NCBI RefSeq assembly: GCF_000485595.1
Contig: NW_014577081.1
Location: forward strand, 605,792-625,791
Direction of reading: 5' to 3'
Length of the DNA stretch: 20,000 nucleotides
Origin: Priapulus caudatus
Lineage: Eukaryota
Position 1 is the stretch's first letter; the number at the start of each line of letters is the position of its first letter. Positions 12,401 to 20,000 of the stretch are shown here, in pieces. A model generated the notes under the pieces. It was not told where the DNA came from and ran no database searches. It saw only the letters and a list, made by a program, of their open reading frames with translations. Position numbers and translations under genes: made by a program.

Positions 12401-14564
12401 CGACAGTGTGGTTTCTGTAGAGCGTAATGAGGGTGTGACCTCTCTACATGAGGGAGTGACCTCTCTACAGCGTAATGAGGGCGTGGCCTCTCTACAGCAT
12501 GAGGGCATGGTCTCTCTACAGCATGAGGGTGTGGCCACTCTACAGCATGAGGGTGTGACCTCTCTACAGCGCAATGAGGGCGTGGCCTCTCTACAGCGTA
12601 ATGAGGGCGTGGCATCTCTACAGCAGAATGAGGGCGTGGCCTCTCTACAGCATAATGAGGGTGTGGCCTCTCTACAGCGTAATGAGGGTGTTGATTCTCT
12701 ACAGTATAATGATAATGTGATTTGTGCTTCATCCTCTAATACACCCTACAAACGGTCCAGTTTTGTATCGCAGGTCCCTGTCTATAGCGGCCGCAGTGGG
12801 GAACAGTCATCACCTAGCTCTGCTCCTGGCTTGCAGTCTGCTTTTGGAAATGTGCCCTCTGCAGGAAATTTGACCAGTTCATCTAGGGGACATGGTATTA
12901 GCTACACAGACAGAGACGTGTCTGCTGCTCGAGGACAAGGTCAATTGTGGGGCCATAGTTCATATGGAGGTTCGTATGGAGGTGTGTTGCCTCCTTCTGC
13001 ACTTGATTATGACATGCATGCGCAGCATGGTCCATTGGATTTCAGTCGGTACAGCAGGCCTGGTTCAACTGCTGGCCAGAACGTTGGCAACATGGTAGCT
13101 TGGAGCAACATGGGATTAATGTCAAGTAGTCCTCGGGGGGAGACGCCCTGTAGTGACCGATCATCTGGGGGTGGGACCACGCCCGATAGTACCTCCACTA
13201 TGCAGCACGCCTCCCGATTGTCTGCCCAGTCCCACCAGACAGTTTCCCGATACCCTGCCCAGTCCCAACAGCCAACTTCTCAATTCCCCACTCAGTCTCC
13301 CTTGACCACTTCTCAGTTTCCCGCTCAGTCTTCACTGACCACTGCTCTATTCTCTGGCCATTCCCACCCAATGTCTTCTCAGTTCCACCAGCCAACTTCA
13401 CAATCCCCTTCCTCCCAGTCTAATCAGGTACATAGATTTCCTACCCAGTCCCACCAAACAACTTTGCTTACCCCTGCCCAGTCCCACCAGTCGGTTTCCC
13501 AACTCCCTGCCCAGTCCCACCAGCCTGCTTCCCAACTACCTGCCCAGACCCACCAGCAGGCCTCCCAACTCCCTGCTCAGACTCACCAGCCTGCTTCCCA
13601 ACTCCCTGTCCAGTCCCACCAGCAGGTTTCCAAACTCCCTGCCCAGTCCCACCAGCCTGCTTCCCAACTACCTGCCCAGACCCACCAGCCGGCTTCCCAA
13701 CTCCCTGCCCAGTCCCACCATCCTGCTTCCCAACTCCCTGTCCAGTCCCACCAGCCGGCTTCCCAACTCCCTGCCCAGTCCCACCATACTTCCCAACTCC
13801 CTGCCCAGTCCCACCATCCTGCTTCCCAACTCCCTGTCCAGTCCCACCAGCCGGCTTCCCAACTCCCTGCCCAGTCCCACCATTCTGCTTCCCAACTCCC
13901 TACCCAGCCCCACCAGCAGGCTTCGAAAATCCCTGCCCAGACCCACCAACCAGCTTCACGTTCTCCCGCACAGTCCCGCCAGGCTGCTTTTTGCTCCCCG
14001 TCTCAGATGCAGCAGCCCATCACAATGCAGGAGGGGCCTTTGAGTGATCGCAGCTATATGCTAAGACAGCCGGCTGGCGAGTCTTCAGCCTTTCGATCAC
14101 TGTCCCCTCCACAGGAGAGCCTTCCTTATCGCCCCATGCATGCGGAGAACCAGGCGTTAGCAGACAGCTATCCGATGTCGATGGGATATGGGGTGGCGGG
14201 CCTCCCCTACCGACCCCCACAGCACTGGGGAGGTATGCACGGGGGCACCACCACCAGCTCTACATATGGCGCCCCCTACTCTCTCAACCCTCCAGCCTCC
14301 CAATTCACACCATTTCCCGATGCTGCTTATCCAGGCATGGGTTTTGGTGCATCCGCTTCCCCTTGGTATGCACATGGACTCTACCCCCAGTACTCCGGGT
14401 ACGCGGCACCAGAGTACGGTATGCAGGGTAGATCAGACCAGGGGTCATTCCCAAACTGGGAAGACTTGGCTAGTGGACGATGGGGAGAGGTGGGAAGCTC
14501 TGAAATGGGAACGGTGCCTAAAAACGAGAATGAGTGCGATGAAAGAAAGTATGAAGACTTGTAA
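244..14564 (+). CDS. RAD54L2: Helicase ARIP4 / RAD54-like 2 (SNF2-family chromatin remodelling ATPase), 5'-partial; join(244..460,920..1108,5034..5148,5432..5659,6091..6265,6692..6860,7201..7424,7689..7807,7929..8144,8320..8525,9231..9406,9785..9936,10336..10538,10891..14564)
   Basis: Manual splicing gives one open frame of 6063 nt with all introns GT..AG. SNF2 motifs appear in order: Ia ([10 protein letters not shown]), II ([11 protein letters not shown]), III ([10 protein letters not shown]), IV (KVLLFSQSL), RLDGST, V ([13 protein letters not shown]), VI ([18 protein letters not shown]). [28 protein letters not shown] and [12 protein letters not shown] match ARIP4 as I recall it rather than ATRX (TGTPLQ, QSIFRVYRFGQ). 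Confidence 0.95.
595..653. repeat. Intronic 24-bp direct duplication (ctaaacctgttgctacctttaacc x2) with CCCTAA-like hexamers
   Basis: Exact copies at 595-618 and 619-642, followed by ctaatcctaac. Confidence 0.85.
920..1108 (+). CDS. RAD54L2: RAD54L2 exon: [19 protein letters not shown]...KQYMQ, motif Ib region plus a basic stretch
   Basis: Acceptor ttgtag ends at 919; donor gtacgt at 1109 (phase 1). Confidence 0.92.
1116..4880. repeat. Intronic 44-bp minisatellite, consensus cacagccctgtaacatgccggcccatctaaccacagcagtctta, roughly 80 copies
   Basis: Period of 44 read directly (ttacacagcc at 1201, 1245, 1289). Units are head-to-tail without spacers and become indel-rich after about 1390. Confidence 0.97.
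5034..5148 (+). CDS. RAD54L2: RAD54L2 exon: [24 protein letters not shown]...IRT, Walker B/DEGH box (absent from the ORF track)
   Basis: Acceptor ttgcag ends at 5033; donor gtgaga at 5149 (phase 2); translated by hand. Confidence 0.95.
5432..5659 (+). CDS. RAD54L2: RAD54L2 exon: [23 protein letters not shown]...[10 protein letters not shown], motif III
   Basis: Acceptor ttgcag ends at 5431; donor gtgtgt at 5660 (phase 2). Confidence 0.95.
5628..5878. repeat. Degenerate tandem repeat (about 4 units, 50-73 bp) spanning the exon/intron junction at 5659/5660
   Basis: Variants of cagcctcctc(g/a)aggg...agaggtgtg recur near 5633, 5707, 5758 and 5830. Confidence 0.8.
6091..6265 (+). CDS. RAD54L2: RAD54L2 exon: [20 protein letters not shown]...[11 protein letters not shown]
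   Basis: Acceptor ttgcag ends at 6090; donor gtaaca at 6266 (phase 0). Confidence 0.93.
6692..6860 (+). CDS. RAD54L2: RAD54L2 exon: [10 protein letters not shown]...[11 protein letters not shown] (absent from the ORF track; contains an AT-hook)
   Basis: Acceptor ccgtag ends at 6691; donor gtgaga at 6861 (phase 1); completes the conserved CCKIWNHPD motif. Confidence 0.92.
7201..7424 (+). CDS. RAD54L2: RAD54L2 exon: Ser-rich linker ending KMIDYEW
   Basis: Acceptor gaacag ends at 7200; donor gtaagt at 7425 (phase 0); phases fit both neighbours. Confidence 0.85.
7689..7807 (+). CDS. RAD54L2: RAD54L2 exon: [19 protein letters not shown]...DKVLLF
   Basis: Acceptor ttgcag ends at 7688; donor gtattg at 7808 (phase 2). 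Confidence 0.93.
7929..8144 (+). CDS. RAD54L2: RAD54L2 exon: [11 protein letters not shown]...YYRLDGST...FLLSTR (HELICc lobe)
   Basis: Acceptor ttttag ends at 7928; donor gtaacc at 8145 (phase 2). Confidence 0.95.
8320..8525 (+). CDS. RAD54L2: RAD54L2 exon: [14 protein letters not shown]...CRVYRYGQ...KQGMS, motifs V-VI
   Basis: Acceptor cttcag ends at 8319; donor gtgaga at 8526 (phase 1). Confidence 0.95.
8517..8585. repeat. Three perfect 23-bp copies (gcatgtcaggtgagactagcagt) spanning a splice donor
   Basis: Copies at 8517-8539, 8540-8562 and 8563-8585. Confidence 0.97.
9231..9406 (+). CDS. RAD54L2: RAD54L2 exon: [13 protein letters not shown]...HWLTK
   Basis: Acceptor ttccag ends at 9230; donor gtgtgt at 9407 (phase 0); completes the conserved KQGMSDRVVD. 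Confidence 0.92.
9407..9557. repeat. Imperfect (GT)n/(GC)n microsatellite starting at the intron donor GT
   Basis: Directly visible. Confidence 0.97.
9785..9936 (+). CDS. RAD54L2: RAD54L2 exon: [33 protein letters not shown]... (absent from the ORF track)
   Basis: Acceptor taacag ends at 9784; donor gtacgt at 9937 (phase 2); PFxHExLL and LTxxEKxxA..YExEK are conserved in the ARIP4/ATRX group. Confidence 0.9.
10336..10538 (+). CDS. RAD54L2: RAD54L2 exon: [13 protein letters not shown]...[11 protein letters not shown]
   Basis: Acceptor atacag ends at 10335; donor gtatgt at 10539 (phase 1). Confidence 0.87.
10891..14564 (+). CDS. RAD54L2: RAD54L2 terminal coding exon (3674 nt): short conserved [18 protein letters not shown] block, then a long low-complexity repeat tail
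   Basis: Polypyrimidine tract plus ttgcag ends at 10890; phase 1 matches the previous exon; frame stays open to TAA at 14562-14564. Hidden in-frame introns cannot be excluded. Confidence 0.8.
11310..11376 (+). repeat. Coding 21-bp repeat x3 (GAPSSAR)
   Basis: ggcgccccgtcgtcagcgcgc at 11310, 11331 and 11352. Confidence 0.95.
11880..12320 (+). repeat. Coding degenerate 13-16 aa repeat ([19 protein letters not shown]), about 9 units
   Basis: Seen in the ORF translation and in recurring ctgcagaaacc/ctgaagcctaatgt DNA. Confidence 0.8.
12420..12710 (+). repeat. Coding 24/27-bp repeat (EGVASLQH / EGVASLQRN), about 11 units
   Basis: atgaggg(c/t)gtg(g/a)cctctctacagc recurs in frame. Confidence 0.93.
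13215..13985 (+). repeat. Coding 33-bp repeat ([11 protein letters not shown]), about 20 units, most homogeneous at 13475-13950
   Basis: cccaactccctgcccagtcccaccagcc(t/g)gctt recurs in frame. Confidence 0.95.
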
Positions 14565-14840
14565 ACGAAATCTGTCAGTCTCGTAGAGTGTGTGATAGGA
14601 GAATCCGAACGGATAGAGAGGAACGAGGTCTGACGTAGTACACGGCTTGGTTATTGCACATGCTGTCCTATTATAGTCAAGCAGCACAGATTATAAGCAG
14701 AGCAGTTTATATTGCACCAAAGGTCGTGAAATCATTTGTGTTGTGCACCAAATATATATATATACTGTTTTAAGCCGATAGGAGGCTTAACATGGGTATT
14801 GCGTAATGAACGTGACATTTATGTATTAATTATAATGCAT

Positions 14841-14903
14841 CACACACGCACACGCGCATGCACACACCTACACACCTGCACCTACATTTACACCTACACC
14901 TAC
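14841..14903. repeat. CA-rich / tacacc simple repeat in the probable 3' UTR
   Basis: cacacacgcacacgc...tacacctacacctac. Confidence 0.7.
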
Positions 14904-14939
14904 GCTGTTGAAGTCTGATACTGCGTGAGACGAGAACTC

Positions 14940-14945
14940 AATAAA
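14940..14945 (+). promoter_or_regulatory. Candidate polyadenylation signal AATAAA for RAD54L2
   Basis: First AATAAA I found after the stop codon (about 375 nt downstream); another lies near 15818. No transcript evidence. Confidence 0.35.
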
Positions 14946-16007
14946 ACGATCAACTGATATACAGATGTTAGAAATGAGTGGCATAAAGCATTACCATGTT
15001 GGGGCTCCGGATGCAATCATATACTTGGTCAACATTACATTGTTAGTACTACAGATGAGGGTGGCCGATGCCTGCGTGCATTTAATTAGTTATCCTCGTT
15101 AATAGCCGTTAATTATCGTCACATTTTCTCCTAGATTACGTAAGATCATGCACGGTACCGTGACTATATATATAGGAGGATCAGCCTCTTGACTTGTACC
15201 TTTGACCCCAGCTTCGGACATCCAACTCGTTTTTGGACGATCCCCCGCCGATGTGCCGAATGATCGTGACCGGTACGTCGATGCGGTTAAAGATTTGTGC
15301 CCAACTGTTGACGAACGGGACGCACGGACGGCACGGGACGATCGGCGATTCTACAAGCTGCATCTGACTATGTCAGATGAGCTAAAAGTTATCGCTCCAA
15401 ATATTTTTTGGGTCATTATTTGTACTGTACAGCGATTAACCAGAATTATTTTTCTTGAGAACGTCTATGCATCGCTTGATGCACAATGCTATATATGGTG
15501 CACCAACAAATGCATATTCCGGGCATGGTTTCAACTTGTGCATAAAAGTACCATCGACATACCAACATGTAATTGGTTTTTCGCAAGTAGGCACATCTGA
15601 CCAAGACGGTGCTAGCTTTTCTTACTTGCACACACTTCTGGATCTGACTACTGTTAGTAATTCAATCGTACACTCATCTTTTCTTCACAAATTCCACTTT
15701 GTTGACTATTTGGCATACATCCTACGATACTCGGTGTAATTGGCCCAAAACGGGGCCTGGTAACTGACTGTAAGATGAATTGTACGATACACGCGTCCCC
15801 ACGGCTTGTATTTCTACAATAAAGATTAGCTGCAGCTTTAAAAATTGCCTTTACTTAAAGTATGTCGTGGCTGATGACCTAGTATGAGCGTATATCTTTG
15901 TATGCCCATTCCAAGATGCAAAATACATTTATAATTGAAAGAATTCGGTCGCGAACGGGAGTCATTTTACCTTTGAATTCCGTGAAACAAGAGCCATTAG
16001 ATTGTTG

Positions 16008-16255
16008 TTATCTCGGGGAACGAGATAACATGTTCGGAGGGAAACAGAATGATTACCGACGACTCCCCCAAAGAGGGGGAACAGATTAAATCATTTCGAT
16101 GGGGACGAGATAATAACAAAAAATATCTCGAGGGAGACGAGCATAATCATAGTTGTGGGAAGCAAGATAGTATCTCGAGGAACGAGATAATATCTCCGGG
16201 GAACGGAAATTAAAAAAAGATTTATCCCATGTCCCGCTTGCCCGGGCTTTCGGTA
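16008..16255. repeat. Degenerate array of ~20-bp self-complementary units (tatctcg-ggaa-cgagata), probably part of a non-autonomous DNA element
   Basis: ttatctcggggaacgagataa (about 16008), tatctcgagggagacgagcata (about 16124), tatctcgaggaacgagataa (16171), tatctccggggaacggaaa (16191). Confidence 0.7.
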
Positions 16256-18291
16256 AGTACTAGTAGCTAGCGGAGGTAAATTATATCAGCAATTTGTGAT
16301 GATTCGCTCGGCCCAAGCAGCAGCCTAGCTAGCTCTAGTACTGATAGCCCCGCGGATAGCTGGCCGGCAGCTAATCCGCGGGCTTAGTACTAGAAGGCTA
16401 CGCCAAGCAAGCTGGGGCGCCAAGCTATGCCTTGAGTCCTTTACTGGCCGTCCCTGGTATCCTACTTACTACTATAGTAGTACCAGCTAGGAGCGCTATA
16501 ATAATAGACTATTATAGTTCTATTATTATACGCTGTGGCTATATGCTGGCAACTGGGCACGGTCTTCGATTCCTAAATGCTGGCAGTATCGCTGAACCCT
16601 GAGACCGCTGTGTTGTGACTGAGATAACGCTGAAAATTAAAACTGCCGGGAATTTAGGAAATCGAAGACCGTGCGCCGGCGGAAGCCGTCGGGAGATATA
16701 TGATCGGACTGCGGTGGCAGTATACGCCACATGAGCTTGTAGTACTGAGTAGCGCGCGTCTCATTAACTGCCGGCACGGCCTGTGGCAGTTAATGAACGC
16801 TGGGCTATAGTACTAGAGCTAATAGCCACTCTGATTATTATACCCTCCTGCTAGTAGTACTGTAGGCTGGACAGTACAGGAGCAGGTATAGTCCTAAATT
16901 CGGTACTGTACTGTTACTTACTACTTAGTCCTATCAACCATAACTGGGGGAACATCATCTCTATCCTTGAACGTGGCGTCGTACTATTCCTTAGACTAAG
17001 AAAACCGGGTGAGTGAGTACTAGTAATGAGTATGTAGTACTAGTGGAGCAAGAGTGAAGATACCTATAAAAAATCCTATAGGTCCCTATAGTTATCTTAG
17101 CTCCTGCTAGTATACGGTAGTGTAGTAGTAGTACTAGTGTAAGGATAGAGAAGAGCATGGGTCCCCAATAGCAGACCAATGTGCTAACCGCTACACCATA
17201 ACCCTAACCTATTATATTGATATAGATATTTATTGTATATTGATGTAATGACATTGGTTTTAAGTTGGGACGGCCATGTTCTCTATCGCTTGAAGTTGAA
17301 GCCCGAAGTGACAGTACTCAGACTTGTCACAGGGCATACTTGAACCGGGGACGGCTGTATAAATCATGAAGGCAGCTAATTTCCATGCAATAACGTGAGG
17401 CAACCATCTCTATACTATTAGTTGGGATCATTTCTATTGCTATTGCCACGTATACGAAGGAAAACTAGCAATATAACGTTGACCGGTATGCGGTTGCTTT
17501 TGTTGTTATTGTTAAGTCTGCGACGGCGCGGGTCATCTCATTGCTAAACCTGCTCGCGTGTCAATAAAATTAAAGCCCGATGTGTCACATCGAGAAGTTG
17601 GCTCTATCGAAAAGTTGGCCACACGTTGTTTTTCAATCGTATGATTAGCAGTACAGCCACTAGCTCTAGTACCCGCGCTGCTGGCGGCAGGTAAGCGTAA
17701 CAGCCGCCAGTGTACATGTAAGCGGCGCATAAGTACTAGAGCTATACAGCCCCTGACTAACGTATCAGCCTTCACACTGAAGGCGTAGCGAGAAATCAAT
17801 GAATGGCAAACCCGACTAGCGCCAACCGAGCGCATTCCCTATAGTTGATGTACATTACCATACGGAGAAGGATACTAGCGGGATGTCTGCAAGTGAATTG
17901 AGCTAGATGCGGGTTCTCTCCGCTGCACATCTCTGCCCGGGCATGCCCTGCCTTTATTGGCGCGTATGTTTGGGGCTAAAAAACATTGATCTTGGACTGG
18001 CAACCCGAACCAGCGAGCGGCAGCGCACACTCCTATGTACATTAGCATAGAAAGGATTGTGGCGGGATGCTGCGGTAAATGTGAAATTACGTTGGTTGTA
18101 GTATTTCGGTGAAGGTGAAATGAAAGCAAGACCGGATGGTAGGCCTACAGAAAATGGTTTTTCTGGAATTAATACATATCAGTTCATTTAATCTTGCTTT
18201 ATAACCTAAATATCTTACCGATGACACAGCAGTTTTACAGCAGACCACCCTGCGTCCTCTTTACTTTACTGTCTACTGCTGCTACCAACTC

Positions 18292-18339
18292 GCACACACG
18301 CACGCACGCACACACACACACCAGCACACACACAACACT
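18292..18339. repeat. (CA)n/(CACG)n microsatellite
   Basis: Directly visible. Confidence 0.9.
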
Positions 18340-18535
18340 CAGGGGCGTGTACAGGGGGGGGTCCAGGGGGTCCGGACCCCCCTGCTCGCGCAGAAAACGC
18401 ATCTAAGGGGGTCTAATTTCAAAATTTTTATAGGGAAGGGCCTCCCAGACCCCCCCCCCCCCCTTCGCGTGCTCGCAAAGTTTGGGTTACGGTTAGACCC
18501 CCCCCCCCCTGGTACAATATCCGGTAACGCCCATG
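18340..18535. mobile_element. MITE-like non-autonomous DNA element with imperfect terminal inverted repeats
   Basis: The left end caggggcgtgtac pairs with the right end gtaacgcccatg. There is an internal palindrome gggggtccggaccccc and there are G/C runs. The flanks acact / gcact resemble a degenerate target duplication. Confidence 0.65.
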
Positions 18536-19933
18536 GCACTAGTGTTGCGTTATAAGGAGCCTGCACGATAGAAGCATTCACAGGCAGAGGATGCGAAGAC
18601 GAGATGAGACATTTAGAGGCAGACAACACTTTAATTGGTTATGTCGAGTAAAACACGTGAATCTGATTTTTTTATTATATTTTTCGCGAATAAATACATT
18701 CTTTTTACCGTAACTCACTTGAATAGGCCGAGTATATACACGTACCGTTTCATTACAACTGCCTTTAGTGCCATCTCATTCAACTTGTGCGTAGCGAAAA
18801 CGGTGAAATGGTAATGAACCCGTATTAGAATAGTTTAGAGTTTCTAAAGAATTACACATATCGCGGACGTCATCTAATGTGGCCACACCCAGACACAAAA
18901 ACGAATAATGAGACACAGATATAATTATTACGAACAAATGAATTTCATGCCAGTAGAAATAGGAATAAACTACATTTTGTAGTCGGGAGTAGAATGCTTG
19001 CGAATGGCTTACCAGTTTGTAATATATAACCGCGAGAACGAGAGTTGCAAGTACACACACATTATAAACACAGAAGAAGTCTCAATAAAGAAAATAATGA
19101 AGTAAACTGTGAAGGTCGCGTACAACGGGACACTTATATCTGTAAACGAATGTTATATATCTTGTTAATACAAAATACCTGCACGATTCGAATAGTTGAG
19201 AATTTCATCAACTTCTGCAGCGCAACCTCATTGTCGTTATTAGCATTATTAGATGGAGATAACTACATAGCGACCTCCTAGAATAATCATCACGTATATC
19301 AATGTGATTTATAATCAAAGCGGCTTCAAATTATATCCAAGTTTACATCTCGGTGAATGCTAAATGAATAGAGACCGGGACGCATTACCAGGGCCCGTGG
19401 TATGTGCCTAGATAATCCCAGCCACGACGACGTCAGCGCTCCACTGTAAGGATAAGTGAGATCTGTGGTCAGAAACAAACATAGAACGTAACACATGCGC
19501 TAATCTATGTCACGCGACACATAAAAGACTCGGTAGTGAATTTTAAATGAGCACAGTCCCGACTCTACGCCACGTTACCAACTGAAAACTTTGAAGTTTT
19601 CAGGCGAAAATGTACATTTCTATCTAAACAATGCTATATACAAATTATGCATATATATCTGTCTGAAATTTAAACCCATAACACACAGAGCGACTATACG
19701 CCTGTATATACAAACAGAACATATATTGTAACAAAATCAATGGATTTAAAACGACGCATGTAACCCCTGACAGACATTTAATAAAAATACGTGTACTGGC
19801 ATACTTATCGCGGCAAACAGAAAGCAACAGTTACAAGAGATTAAATTACGAGAATGAATTAAATTTAAGTGATTATGACACACAAATCAATAAATAGCAG
19901 GGATACGTTTGCTGGCTTGCTGCTGCACGAACA

Positions 19934-20000
19934 TATAATATATACATGTATATATATATATATATATATTATCTATATATATATATATATATAATATATA
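19934..20000. repeat. (AT)n microsatellite running off the window end
   Basis: Directly visible. Confidence 0.95.

Noticed and set aside
244..14564. Assignment to ATRX or RAD54
   Set aside because: The motif III and VI variants and the C-terminal blocks fit ARIP4/RAD54L2 better.
14553..14564. C-terminal YEDL as a KDEL-like ER retention signal
   Set aside because: Not the KDEL/HDEL consensus, and the protein is a nuclear ATPase.
19385..19450. Possible small minus-strand exon (ccttacag acceptor, GC-rich)
   Set aside because: Too short, with no recognisable homology or partner exons.
15600..19827. Short ORFs in the downstream region as genes or transposases
   Set aside because: All are about 100 aa or shorter, with no recognisable motifs, and lie in repeat-rich or AT-rich sequence.

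Overview
Eukaryotic (metazoan, probably invertebrate) genomic DNA. Positions 244-14564 (+) hold 14 coding exons of an SNF2-family ATPase gene, RAD54L2/ARIP4-like. All 13 introns can be placed with GT..AG ends and consistent phases, giving 6063 nt (2020 aa plus stop). The N-terminus and Walker A motif lie upstream of the window. Notable points: an AT-hook motif in the linker between the ATPase lobes; a 3.67 kb terminal exon made largely of several distinct peptide tandem repeats; tandem repeats that begin at or span the splice donor in four introns, including a 3.8 kb 44-bp minisatellite whose interior looks like uncorrected long-read sequence. Positions 14565-20000 are 3' UTR/intergenic, with microsatellites, palindromic repeats and MITE-like remnants. 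I see no CRISPR array or prokaryote-type novel system, and the findings are moderate-interest leads rather than a new system.
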